Positions 16,422 through 26,734 of a stretch of DNA of 30,055 bases are shown here, piece by piece. Origin of the DNA: a virus (Duplodnaviria > Caudoviricetes); IMG/VR virus record IMGVR_UViG_3300012953_000139, positions 1-30,055 of that record. One strand, 5' to 3'. The notes below the pieces were generated by a model. The model was not told where the DNA came from. It was given only the letters and a program-made list of their open reading frames with translations, and searched no databases. The position numbers and the translations under genes are program-made. Every line of letters starts with the position of its first letter. Positions within the stretch are counted from its first letter, which is position 1.

Positions 16422-16461
16422 TAAATCAATCAATCAATATAAAAACAGGATTTAAATTATC

Positions 16462-17529
16462 ATGGCATTTCCACTTTTATACCCTCTTCTTGCCAGTGGT
16501 GCCGCTGCTGCGGGTGGTTACTTTTTAGGTAATTCCAACAGGCAAAACCAAGGCGGTGCTTTAAGTAATACCTATGGTGGTTATAACCCAAATAGCCAAC
16601 CGATATTAACTTCGCCAGTTATTACTCCACCTTCACAAAACAGAAGGGATGGTGTGTTAATGAACCCAGTCTTACCTAATATGCCTACGTATCAGGGTAA
16701 CCCTTATAACGCTGCGCTAGGTAAAGCAATGTCTGTTGCTAATGAAGGTGGCTCAGCAATGTTAGGTGGATACTTTACAGGGTTAGAGGATGGGCAAGTT
16801 AATAAGTACAATGCTGAAACACAAGGCTATGCAAATACGATTAATGCACTGGCTGCATTGCAAGATGCCCAGAATGAGGCTGCTGAAAATCAACCATCAC
16901 CAACAGATCCTAAATATACACTAGCATCTCTCGATGCACTTGATCAGGCTGCTATGCTAGTTCAAGACGATTCAAACTGGACCACCGGTTTATTAGGTCA
17001 AGTTGCTTCTTTATTCCCAGGCACACCAGCTAACGATCTCAAAGAACTAATAACAACAGTCGAAGCATCAATAGGTTTCGGTCGTCTTGAGGAGATGAGA
17101 GCGCAGTCATCAACTGGTGCATCCGGTCTTGGTTCATTGTCTAAGAATGAGCTTGATCAGCTTAATGCATCTATAGCTTCTCTTAAAATCTCTCAGTCTA
17201 AACCTCAGTTTACGCGAAATCTAAAGAAGGTACGTGGTCATTACGTCAACTTCATATTAGCAGTGAACGCCGAGCGCCAAGCATATAACAGAATGATCGA
17301 CACAGGCCGACTGAGCGGTGTCAAATTACCATTTATACAGGTACCGGCATCACCTTTTAATAGGCAAAACCCCCAGGGCAATCCAAACCCCCAGGGCAAT
17401 CCAAACCCCCAGGGCAATCCCAATCCCCAGGGCAATCCCAATCCCCAGGGCGGTCCTAATAACCCAGGTGGTAACAGACGCCAAGTAGGCACGGATATTA
17501 ATGGCAACCCAATATATGCAGTTCAATAA
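16462..17529 (+). CDS. Internal virion / DNA transfer protein
   Basis: Hydrophobic N-terminus; PGT.A.DL.....F..L..MR..S.TGA.GLG.LS..EL..L......L...QS...F..NL ejection-protein-like segment; NPQG repeat tail. Confidence 0.7.
   Translation: MAFPLLYPLLASGAAAAGGYFLGNSNRQNQGGALSNTYGGYNPNSQPILTSPVITPPSQNRRDGVLMNPVLPNMPTYQGNPYNAALGKAMSVANEGGSAMLGGYFTGLEDGQVNKYNAETQGYANTINALAALQDAQNEAAENQPSPTDPKYTLASLDALDQAAMLVQDDSNWTTGLLGQVASLFPGTPANDLKELITTVEASIGFGRLEEMRAQSSTGASGLGSLSKNELDQLNASIASLKISQSKPQFTRNLKKVRGHYVNFILAVNAERQAYNRMIDTGRLSGVKLPFIQVPASPFNRQNPQGNPNPQGNPNPQGNPNPQGNPNPQGGPNNPGGNRRQVGTDINGNPIYAVQ
17368..17457 (+). repeat. In-frame 18-bp tandem repeat, 5 units (NPQGNP)
   Basis: AA(C/T)CCCCAGGGCAATCC(A/C) x4 plus a degenerate fifth unit. 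Confidence 0.95.
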
Positions 17530-17546
17530 AGTAAGAAATTTACCTA

Positions 17547-20500
17547 ATGGCAATATATCAAGTCGGAAATGAACAGTTTGAAATTGACGATGCCCTATCC
17601 CCAGAACAAGCCGTACAATCCATAAACTCAATCATAGCCGGACGCGACAACGCATTCCAATTTAGTTATGACGCTGCACGTGAAATGACTGGGGGCGGTC
17701 TAGAAACTTTAGGTAACTTAAGTGAAAAGTATTTAGGCGGTGATTTAGGTGTATCTGAGTATGGTGAAGATTTACGTCAACGTGCTGCAGAAGATATAAA
17801 AGAGGGTGGTTACGTACCAAAGTACCAAGGTGACTTTTTAGATCAAAGAAGCCTTGGCGATATGGTTGGTTATGTTGGTGAGGGCATAGCTCAAAACGCT
17901 TTCTCAGGTGGTGCCGCTATAGCTGGTGGAGGTGCTACGGCACTTGCTGGAATATTTAGTGCACCCGCAGCTATCGTTTTAGGCGGGGCTACATTCGTTG
18001 GCTCAGCAATACTGGGTACCGGTGAAACAGCCAATGAAATGCGTGACAAAACCGGTCAGGTTAATGAAGAACTTGCTGCCGGTACTGGTCTAGTCATTGG
18101 CTTCTTAGATAAGTTTGGTGCCGGTAAACTCTTCAGTAAAAGCGAATTAGCCGACATGTCAGTCGGTAAACTTGTAGATGAGTTACAAAAGAAAGGCTAC
18201 CGCCGTGCAGCCGAAGAGCTCACTAAAGAGACACTTAAACGTGCAGGGGCAGAGGGACTTACTGAGGCCTCGCAAGAGCTTGCGGTCGTTGGTGCTACTG
18301 CTGCAACCGGTGGTGAATATACGCCTAGTGAAGTAGTCAATCGCGCAATCAATGCAGGTGTTATTGGTACCGGACAGGGTGGAATTGTCGCCGGTACAAC
18401 TCAAGCTGTCACTATGGGTGTTACTGGAACACAGTCTACTAAGCACCTCTCTAAACTCGACACTGAAGCTGGTCTTCTCCGTGAAATCGGAATGGAGACT
18501 GACAATCCGGATGTATTGGCAGCAGCGAACCAACTTAACATTGCAGTCGAGCAAGCTCGTAATGGCGACCTAACTTTTCTAAAAGAGATCGCTGACGCTG
18601 AGCAGAACGCTGACCAAGTTCCGGTCGATGACAGCAATAGAGAAAGCCGTGCCCAGGCATCCTTTGCTGCCCGTCTGCAAAGCATTGCCGAGGATGGTGA
18701 TGCACTTTCTGGCAAGCCTTTAGATTTACAAGATGTTGATCCAGGCAGCGAGAGTGGTGCACGTAAAGCTATAGAAACAGCACACGGACAAATAGCCGGA
18801 CAGATTACTGAGCTGGTAGCTATCCTAAGAGGTCGCTTAGATCCGAAACAAGCTGATACATTAGATGAGCTTTTCGATAGAGCTGATGTAAAACAATCGT
18901 TAAAGTTTTCACGTAATAAAGTTAAGAAGTCATTCCCAGCCTCAGTATTCGAAAAGCTGGGTGAGCTGACTGCAGGTACACGCGAAGGTGATCTCTTACG
19001 TAACCTGGTGCTTGAAAGTATGGAGCTCACACGTGTTCATAATGAAGGATATGTTGGTGGACTATCTGGTTTTGTAGACAAGTATATAAACCCATTTAGC
19101 AACGCTGGTTCCTATAACAGTAAAGCTCAAATGGCTAATGGTCTGCGCTTTGTTGCATCGGCGGTTGCCGGTACAGCTTCCGGTGGTCTTACATTATTAG
19201 CACAGCTCGGCCTCATTGGTGGATCACGTGCATTCGATGCATTGACCGGCGCTCGGTCTGCAGTAGGCACATACGTAAACCAGAATATTGAGAATACAAG
19301 ATTAGGTGTAGATCCCTCGCTGCCTTCTTTGTTTGAGCAGCAGAAATCTTTACAAGCTACACAGCGTGAGCAGGACATGCTTATTCAAGCCTTGACTGCC
19401 AATCTTAATCTTACACCTGCAGCCGGGCCTGAGTTTGCAATATTAAAGACTGTGCAAGACGCTGTACAAGTTTATGAAGGCGAAACAGTAGAGCTTGGTC
19501 CTCAAGATATTGAGGCTGCCAATGAAGATTTATTAAAGACACTTGGTGAGCAATACCGGCCTTTCTACAATCTAATTAAAAACAGAACACTAGAAGATCA
19601 GTTACCTCGCGAGCTTATGAAAGTCGTTACGGATTTAATCTTATCTAAGAAGCGTTCTGAGATCCGAGCTAATAGACAATCTGAAAACATATCTGATGCT
19701 GCAGAGCTACGCGGTGTCATTAATAATCAGCGTGAAGCTGGTAAGAGAGATAACATAGCGTTTGTTCAAGAGCTCCGTAATCAGCTCAATGAAGACTCAA
19801 AAGTATCGGCTGTTGTTAAAGGCCGTGTACTGACTGTCCTTGATGAGTTTGGGCGTAACCTTGGTACTGAGCCGGTCAAGTCTATAGATCAGGCAATCAA
19901 GAAGATAACAAGCGGTAAAACACCTGTACCTCAAGAGGTAGTCGATGCGTACCTCAATCCTTACCGAGAGAGAGTGGTTCGTCAGCAAGAGCAAAACAGT
20001 AACGCTGAAACTATTGCTACTAATATTGAAGGTAAAGGCCAAAAGAACGAAGTCTTTGATCCAGAAACTAATATGTTAGTTGACAACACACCTTTCGATC
20101 CCGCTGATCTTGGTGATGAAGTAAACGCAACAATACTACCGATCTATCCAACGGAAGGCACTGTGCCTCCGGTTAAGGTCAAGACTAAGGTCGAAGGCAT
20201 CCGGTGGTTGTTTGAGAACCTGTACGTTAAACATTACGGCACAACAGACCCAATTGAATACTCACCGGAGAATGTCGTACTTGTAGGTCGTAAGATGGCT
20301 GCAGAAGCTATGAAGGCTCTTGAGCAAGATAATAATGCCATTGGCTGGTACGATAAAACACTCGAACAAGCTATGAAGGTTATGTCTTTAATAGACCCAT
20401 CGCTTGGACCGAAAGCAAATGATCCAGCGAACCTGTTAGCTTTTAAGTTTGCATTAGCCGTGACATCAAATGGAACAGCGGTTGTACCTAATTTCCAATA

Positions 20501-22700
20501 TGCTTACCAGGCTTATACCACTTGGAAAGATAGTGGTAAGATGCCAACCAAGTGGTCAAAAGGTGGTGACCGCAATGCAGCAATGGTAAATGCATTTAAG
20601 TTCTACAACACATACAATGAGTTTTATGAAGCCGGTGATATTGATATGCCCATCACCGAGTTCTTTAATAGAACAATGACCCGTGGTGAGCTATCCAAGT
20701 TCATAAAAGACTTTAACGATACATTTAATACAAACATCACTGACCAAACAAAAGACAGTGTCGATACAATTGTAAACGGCAGCTATGTTCTCGGTCCAAA
20801 GATTGGTCAAGGTTTCTATCAGAACCTCATTGGGAACTATGACAATCTCACCGCTGATATGTGGTGGATGCGTATGTGGAACCGGCAGATTGGTCGTCCG
20901 TTTGAGCCTGAGAAATCAGAAAAAGATATGACAAAGAACCGCGATATTATCGTGCGTGAGATGAAGGCTTCTAAAGGAAATGACCGGAAGCTGGTCAATG
21001 AAGCCTTGAAGAATATCGGTGAGACACGTGATGGTCTTTATAATAACGCTGAGCGTATAGATACCTTAACTAATGAGCTGCACCGCGTCTGGAACCGGTA
21101 CTACGCTCGACATCAGAAAGAGACAGGTAAAAACCCTGAGAAGGGTCAGCTCTGGAAGACAGTAGGCACTCATTTTGGTAATCTTGGTGACACTGTAAGG
21201 GATCAACCAGGCAAAACATCAGATCGCAAGTTTATGCGTGAGGCTGCATTCGAAGCTAAAAGGTTGCTGAAGACGGCTGGTATTGATATAACTATAGCAG
21301 ATTTCCAAGCGCTTATGTGGTTTCCAGAAAAACGCCTACTTAGAATGTTGGGCGTGAAACCAGGTCAAGGCGACGACAATGATTATCGTGATGCGGCTAT
21401 TATACTAGCTAAGAAAGAAGGATATACGGATGACCAAATCGAAGAAACACTCCGCGAAACAGTACGAGGACGAGAGGGAAACGCTAATATCCCAAGTGCC
21501 GAAGGACCTGCAACTGGAGTTCTTCAAGGGTCTGGTGGAACTAGCACGCAAGGGGAGTTCAACTTCAACGAACCAGTCCTCGCCACAGCGACTAACGAAG
21601 TCTCTGGACCCGCTCCCAATGTTACAGTCCCAACGCCCCACGAAGTAAAAGAGGAAGCTGAGTTAGCCAGCGCTCTCTTTGAGGTTGGTAAAAAAGGCAG
21701 CCCCTATGAGTTTGGCATAGACAATGCTGAAGACATTCAGCGTCTAATTGCAGCCTTTGGAGTAAACCTTAAGCTCTACACATCCCAAAGTAACCTACTT
21801 AATGACTTAAATGTTCGCGGCTCCGGTGTCATGGGTGCATATAACCCTCAAGTCAATGAGGGTCGTGGCATGATAGGTGCAATGCAGCCAGGCTACCCAA
21901 GAAGAAAAGCCGATCAGTTTGGTTTTAAGAAAAACCAGCAAACAGAAACCGGTTTCTTGACAACATTACTTCATGAGTTGTCCCACCATATTGAAAAGGG
22001 CAGAGGTCAAACAACACGTGGTTCAAGTGTAAGGTCAATGACAAACTATGGTTATGGTATGTTTAGAGAAGGTAGTTTTAGAACATTACTTAAAGACATA
22101 GTAAACCTTGCATTAAGTGAAAAACTTCAAAATGAAGTGGTCGTAAATCCTGGTGTAAATGTCAGTAAAGACAGAGCCAAAAAGATATCGGGTGAGCTTG
22201 ATAACCTTCAAGAAAACACCGAGTTCTTTTTCCAAAACAGACCAGAGTTATCACCTGAGTTTGTTAGAGTTGATGGCGATACACAAAGGGCATTGCAAAC
22301 AAGAATGCAAAGGTTTGATGAGGCTTACAACCAATCTGATGATGCTACTAAAGCAAAGTTTGTATCTCGTGGACAATACGCAGCATCTACAATTCAAGGT
22401 CTAGATAAGTTCCAACGTACATATATAATGAACCCTGCTGAAACAGCAGTCGATCCTCTATGGGTGTACCTAGGTAATCCTCAGTTAGCTAAAGAAGTCA
22501 TGCCGGAAACCACCAAGCTAATTCGTGAGTTTCTCAATGACAGTGAGATGACAAAAGGCATTCTTACTTTCTATTCTTCACCACTAGCAACTGCAGTGGC
22601 TGCAGCATTGGCTTTGCTTGCAGTCAATGGTCCAGGCGGTGAAGAAGAGATGCCAATGCCTATGTCTGGTACACCAGCGACCGGCATGTTGACGATATGA
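17547..22700 (+). CDS. Large multidomain internal virion (ejection) protein, 1717 aa
   Basis: Gly/Ala-rich membrane-like N-terminal segments with EG.TE..QE motif; central HhH-glycosylase-like region; HELSH zincin motif; last of three ejection-type genes. Confidence 0.8.
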   Translation: MAIYQVGNEQFEIDDALSPEQAVQSINSIIAGRDNAFQFSYDAAREMTGGGLETLGNLSEKYLGGDLGVSEYGEDLRQRAAEDIKEGGYVPKYQGDFLDQRSLGDMVGYVGEGIAQNAFSGGAAIAGGGATALAGIFSAPAAIVLGGATFVGSAILGTGETANEMRDKTGQVNEELAAGTGLVIGFLDKFGAGKLFSKSELADMSVGKLVDELQKKGYRRAAEELTKETLKRAGAEGLTEASQELAVVGATAATGGEYTPSEVVNRAINAGVIGTGQGGIVAGTTQAVTMGVTGTQSTKHLSKLDTEAGLLREIGMETDNPDVLAAANQLNIAVEQARNGDLTFLKEIADAEQNADQVPVDDSNRESRAQASFAARLQSIAEDGDALSGKPLDLQDVDPGSESGARKAIETAHGQIAGQITELVAILRGRLDPKQADTLDELFDRADVKQSLKFSRNKVKKSFPASVFEKLGELTAGTREGDLLRNLVLESMELTRVHNEGYVGGLSGFVDKYINPFSNAGSYNSKAQMANGLRFVASAVAGTASGGLTLLAQLGLIGGSRAFDALTGARSAVGTYVNQNIENTRLGVDPSLPSLFEQQKSLQATQREQDMLIQALTANLNLTPAAGPEFAILKTVQDAVQVYEGETVELGPQDIEAANEDLLKTLGEQYRPFYNLIKNRTLEDQLPRELMKVVTDLILSKKRSEIRANRQSENISDAAELRGVINNQREAGKRDNIAFVQELRNQLNEDSKVSAVVKGRVLTVLDEFGRNLGTEPVKSIDQAIKKITSGKTPVPQEVVDAYLNPYRERVVRQQEQNSNAETIATNIEGKGQKNEVFDPETNMLVDNTPFDPADLGDEVNATILPIYPTEGTVPPVKVKTKVEGIRWLFENLYVKHYGTTDPIEYSPENVVLVGRKMAAEAMKALEQDNNAIGWYDKTLEQAMKVMSLIDPSLGPKANDPANLLAFKFALAVTSNGTAVVPNFQYAYQAYTTWKDSGKMPTKWSKGGDRNAAMVNAFKFYNTYNEFYEAGDIDMPITEFFNRTMTRGELSKFIKDFNDTFNTNITDQTKDSVDTIVNGSYVLGPKIGQGFYQNLIGNYDNLTADMWWMRMWNRQIGRPFEPEKSEKDMTKNRDIIVREMKASKGNDRKLVNEALKNIGETRDGLYNNAERIDTLTNELHRVWNRYYARHQKETGKNPEKGQLWKTVGTHFGNLGDTVRDQPGKTSDRKFMREAAFEAKRLLKTAGIDITIADFQALMWFPEKRLLRMLGVKPGQGDDNDYRDAAIILAKKEGYTDDQIEETLRETVRGREGNANIPSAEGPATGVLQGSGGTSTQGEFNFNEPVLATATNEVSGPAPNVTVPTPHEVKEEAELASALFEVGKKGSPYEFGIDNAEDIQRLIAAFGVNLKLYTSQSNLLNDLNVRGSGVMGAYNPQVNEGRGMIGAMQPGYPRRKADQFGFKKNQQTETGFLTTLLHELSHHIEKGRGQTTRGSSVRSMTNYGYGMFREGSFRTLLKDIVNLALSEKLQNEVVVNPGVNVSKDRAKKISGELDNLQENTEFFFQNRPELSPEFVRVDGDTQRALQTRMQRFDEAYNQSDDATKAKFVSRGQYAASTIQGLDKFQRTYIMNPAETAVDPLWVYLGNPQLAKEVMPETTKLIREFLNDSEMTKGILTFYSSPLATAVAAALALLAVNGPGGEEEMPMPMSGTPATGMLTI

Positions 22701-23179
22701 CCAAGGGTAAGAAGTGCCCACAACGTGCACCAAAGAAAAACTACTTTGCAGAGCTAACCAAGACACCAGAAGGTCGTGCTAAACGAGCTGAGTGGAATAA
22801 GAAGGCTTGGGCTAAAGCTGGTCGCCCTGCTGGTGTTCCTCATGGGTACACAAAAGAAACAATAGAGCCTATTCGAGAGAAGGCTAAACAGGAAGCCGAG
22901 AGGTTTATAGAAATCATGAGTAAGAATGGCGATGCACCAGAAGACAACTTCGCAAAAGAAGCACTGAAGGCTGCAGTAGAGATTATGCGTGTACCTGGTG
23001 AGACACGTGAGCGACTAGCTGCTGCAAGACTGGTCTTAGATTTTACAAAGCAAAAGCCGGTTGCCAAGCAAGATGTCACTATCGGCAAAGCCGAGGACTT
23101 CTTGTCTACTTTACTAGAAGAAGAGCAAAAGCAAGATGGATCCAAAACTACGAAAGATACGGAAGAGGCTATACACTGA
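22697..23179 (+). CDS. Putative terminase small subunit
   Basis: Directly upstream of and overlapping TerL; basic N-terminus, GRP.G motif, helical RLAAARLVLDF segment. Confidence 0.6.
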   Translation: MTKGKKCPQRAPKKNYFAELTKTPEGRAKRAEWNKKAWAKAGRPAGVPHGYTKETIEPIREKAKQEAERFIEIMSKNGDAPEDNFAKEALKAAVEIMRVPGETRERLAAARLVLDFTKQKPVAKQDVTIGKAEDFLSTLLEEEQKQDGSKTTKDTEEAIH

Positions 23180-24707
23180 CTTCCCTTACTACTCTCGCCA
23201 TGCGCTAAAAATAAGAAGTAAAGAAGGCGAAATAAAACCTTTAATATTAAATCCCGCTCAAGAAATACTACAAGCAGCAGTCGATAAACAGCTCAAGGCT
23301 GAAGGCAAGATCCGTGTAGTTATCTTAAAAGCGCGGCAACAGGGTTTAAGTACTTACGTTGGCGGTTATCTTTATTATAGCGTCAGTCAACAAAAGGCAA
23401 AGAAGGCAATGGTCGTAACTCATACGGCTGATAGCACCAGGGCATTGTTCGATATGACTAGGCGTTATCATGAGCATGTGCCTGATTTACTAAAACCTCA
23501 CACTCGTTACTCAAGTAGAAAAGAGATTAGTTTTGATGTACTCGATAGTAGTTATGTGGTTGCAACGGCTGGCGCAGACAGTGTTGGGCGAGGCGAAACA
23601 CTTTCTCATGTTCATGCGTCCGAGCTTGCGTTCTGGCCTAAAAGCAGCGCAAGTGATATCTGGAATGGTCTGGTCCAAGCTGTCCCGAATGTACCAGGGA
23701 CTGCGATCATGGCTGAAAGCACAGCTAACGGAATAACAGGCACCTTTTATGATTTATGGAGAGGCGCAACTGAAGGCACTAATGGTTTTGTCCCTGTCTT
23801 TATTCCGTGGTTTACAGATCCAACGTACAGAGAACCTGTTCCGGATAAGTTCGAACGAACACCACAAGAAGAAGAATTAGTAGAACAATACAACCTAGAA
23901 GACGAACAGTTAATGTTCCGGCGACAGAAGATTGCTCAGAATGGTATTGATTTATTCAAACAGGAATATCCTAGCTATCCAGAAGAAGCCTTCTTAACCA
24001 CTGGTCGGCCTGTATTTAATCAAGAACAGCTAACAGAACAGCTCGAAGCTGCTCCAGATATAAAAGAGCGCCTAGCTCTAGAGAATGAAGAGTTTGTAGA
24101 GCATCAAAGAGGTGAGCTGCTTGTCTACAGGACACACGACCCAGGCGAAAGATATGTCATTGGAGCTGATGTAGCGATGGGTGTCTCACAAGGTGACTAC
24201 TCAGTCGCACAGGTTCTAGACACTCGTAAACGTCAGGTTGCTGTTTGGCGTGGTCAAGTTCATCCGGATTACTTTGCAGATGTCTTGTATGAGCTTGGGT
24301 TTTATTACAATGAAGCTTTAGTGATTGTTGAGAATAATGGTCATGGAATATTGACTTGTACAAGGTTAGGTAAGGACTACGCTTATCCAAACTTTTATAC
24401 TGAGACTGTCATAGACAAGATCACGGATAAAGAAACCACCAAGCTCGGTTTCACAACTACAGCAAAAACAAAGCCCCTAATTATTGACGAGCTCCGCGCT
24501 TCAGTGCGTGAGGGCGAACTAAAACTCAACGACAAGACAACACTTAGAGAGATGATGACTTATGTCGTAACCCAGACAGGATCGATGGAAGCTGAACCTG
24601 GTTGTCATGACGACTGCGTTATGTCCCTGGCCCTTTGTAATCACATACATGAAGGCAGTTGGGAACCTATCGAATCCTTGGATGAATTTTACACAGAGAT
24701 GGTTTAA
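23136..24707 (+). CDS. terL: Terminase large subunit
   Basis: LNPAQ, Walker A LKARQQGLST, GRG.T, Walker B HASELAFW, ESTANG, nuclease IGADVAMG...DYS, VENN, HDDCVMS. Confidence 0.95.
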   Translation: MDPKLRKIRKRLYTDFPYYSRHALKIRSKEGEIKPLILNPAQEILQAAVDKQLKAEGKIRVVILKARQQGLSTYVGGYLYYSVSQQKAKKAMVVTHTADSTRALFDMTRRYHEHVPDLLKPHTRYSSRKEISFDVLDSSYVVATAGADSVGRGETLSHVHASELAFWPKSSASDIWNGLVQAVPNVPGTAIMAESTANGITGTFYDLWRGATEGTNGFVPVFIPWFTDPTYREPVPDKFERTPQEEELVEQYNLEDEQLMFRRQKIAQNGIDLFKQEYPSYPEEAFLTTGRPVFNQEQLTEQLEAAPDIKERLALENEEFVEHQRGELLVYRTHDPGERYVIGADVAMGVSQGDYSVAQVLDTRKRQVAVWRGQVHPDYFADVLYELGFYYNEALVIVENNGHGILTCTRLGKDYAYPNFYTETVIDKITDKETTKLGFTTTAKTKPLIIDELRASVREGELKLNDKTTLREMMTYVVTQTGSMEAEPGCHDDCVMSLALCNHIHEGSWEPIESLDEFYTEMV

Positions 24708-24712
24708 CTTAA

Positions 24713-26725
24713 ATGGCAGATATAAGTACATATAAAGAGCTAGACGAAGACGATATAATTGTCATGTTGGACAATAACATACAGTCTTCTGTCGGATATC
24801 TCGATGGTGAATTAAGCACTGAGCGCAGGCGTGTTTTAGATTACTACAATGGCAAGCTGCCTAAAGCTGTTAAAGGTAAAGCACGTTATGTAAGTATGGA
24901 TGTGTATGATGCGGTCAGCTCAATGTCTGCATCTCTACTTGAGACTTTTGCTAGTGGTCACCGGATTGCTAAGTTTGTACCGACCGGTCCAGAGGATATA
25001 GACCAAGCCGAAATCTGCACCAACATGGTAGACTATGTCTGCTTCCGACAAAACGATCTCTTCGACACTATGAGACAGGTAATCTTTGATGGGTTAACTG
25101 CAAGGGTAGGTGTCTGTCGCGTATACTGGGAACAGATGCAAGAGGTTGATCGTGAGAACTTTGATGAGATAACTGAAGAAGAGTTAGACGTTATTCTGTC
25201 ACAAGATAATGTAGAGCTAGAAGATAGTGAGACAGATGAGTTTGGTCTGGTCTCAGGAACAATCCTGGTATCACGCGATGCAAGCAAAGTCTGTATCGAT
25301 CCGGTAGCTCCAGAAGAGTTCTTAATCGAACCACAAGCAAAGAAACTTCATCCGGACTTTATAAACTTTTGCGCTATCCGTGTAGAAAAGACACTGACCG
25401 AGCTGCGTCAGATGGGCTACCCCGAAGAGAAGATTAACGAGATTGGTCCTCACGATGATGTTGAGATGGACACTGAGCCGGAAGTCTTGGCGAGGCACGA
25501 CCTAGTTGGTGCTGACCGAGGTTATAACTCTAAAGGTTATCAAGACCAGGTCCGTTCTGTGATGTGTTATGAGGCATACATTCATTTGGATGTTGATGGC
25601 TCCGGAGAGGCTACTCTTCATAGAGTGTTTAAGGCCGGTAATGTTATTCTCGATATTGAAGAGGTTAATCGTTTACCATTCCTGACCTTTAGTCCTATTC
25701 CTATGGCCCATGCATTTTACGGCTCAAACTTTGCTGAGAAGCTGATTGATACACAGAACGCAAGAACAGTGCTTACACGTTCTATCTTGGATCACGCAGC
25801 CATAACGAATGCACCTCGATATCTAGTGACCAAAGGCGGCCTGACAAATCCACGTGAGCTGATTGATAACCGAGTTGGTGGTCTTGTAAATGTTACTCGC
25901 CCTGACGCAATCGCTCCTATGCCGCAAGCGCCTCTCAATCAGTTTGTGTTCCAAACTCTCAAGCTGCTCGATGACGATGCCCAGGACATCTCCGGTATCT
26001 CAAGGCTCAGCACTGGAACCAATAAGGATGCCGTAAGTAAGCAAAACTCATTTGCGATGGTCGAGCGCTTAGCCAACATGAGCATGCAGCGCCAGAAGAT
26101 CATTGCTCGGAACTTTGCCAACCAATTCCTAAAGCCCCTATTCAATGAGGTCTATGCTCTTATTGCTGAGTATGAGGACGCTGAGAAGATTATTGATGTT
26201 GCCGGTAAATTCGTAGCTGTGGATCCTGTCCGTTTCAGAGAGCGCCGCGATGTTACTGTTGAGCTACATCTTGGTTATGGTGAGCAGGATCGTGAAGCTC
26301 AGAAGTTCTTACAGCTCCACCAGCTCTTCTCTCAGGATCCTAAGATTAGCGCTCTGTACCAGGGCAATAATGTTTATGCGTTAATGAAAGACACATTAGA
26401 GAAACAAGGCATTATGAATGTCGAAGATTACTTAACACCACCAGATCAACTACCACCACCGCAACCTGACCCAGCTCAGGAAATGCAAGCGGCGATGGCC
26501 CAGAAACAAATCGAGATTGCAGATCGTCAGACACAAGTCGCTGAACAGAAAGCTGCGCTTGATGCGGAGATAGCTCGAAACAAACTAGAGCTAGATATGT
26601 TGAAAGCTGAGAATGATCTCGCGCTTAAATCCGATAATCAGGATCTACGTGAGGCTCAGTTCCAACATAAACAAGAAGTAGACGCAGCCGAGCTTACTAT
26701 AAAAGACCGGCGCAACAGTAATTAA
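24713..26725 (+). CDS. Portal protein
   Basis: 670 aa after TerL; R....YY.G, VSMDV.D.V......LL..F, F.P.GPED...A, D.L....G, V.PEEFLI, P..H.FYG; coiled-coil C-terminus. Confidence 0.92.
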   Translation: MADISTYKELDEDDIIVMLDNNIQSSVGYLDGELSTERRRVLDYYNGKLPKAVKGKARYVSMDVYDAVSSMSASLLETFASGHRIAKFVPTGPEDIDQAEICTNMVDYVCFRQNDLFDTMRQVIFDGLTARVGVCRVYWEQMQEVDRENFDEITEEELDVILSQDNVELEDSETDEFGLVSGTILVSRDASKVCIDPVAPEEFLIEPQAKKLHPDFINFCAIRVEKTLTELRQMGYPEEKINEIGPHDDVEMDTEPEVLARHDLVGADRGYNSKGYQDQVRSVMCYEAYIHLDVDGSGEATLHRVFKAGNVILDIEEVNRLPFLTFSPIPMAHAFYGSNFAEKLIDTQNARTVLTRSILDHAAITNAPRYLVTKGGLTNPRELIDNRVGGLVNVTRPDAIAPMPQAPLNQFVFQTLKLLDDDAQDISGISRLSTGTNKDAVSKQNSFAMVERLANMSMQRQKIIARNFANQFLKPLFNEVYALIAEYEDAEKIIDVAGKFVAVDPVRFRERRDVTVELHLGYGEQDREAQKFLQLHQLFSQDPKISALYQGNNVYALMKDTLEKQGIMNVEDYLTPPDQLPPPQPDPAQEMQAAMAQKQIEIADRQTQVAEQKAALDAEIARNKLELDMLKAENDLALKSDNQDLREAQFQHKQEVDAAELTIKDRRNSN

Positions 26726-26734
26726 GGAGTTTAA

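Noticed and set aside
16422-16461. AT-rich spacer with (TCAA)3
   Set aside because: Too short and no promoter motif; most likely an unstructured translation leader.
18401-19030. 209-aa minus-strand ORF and the other antisense ORFs within large genes
   Set aside because: Antisense shadows of well-supported plus-strand genes, Ser-rich and without motifs.
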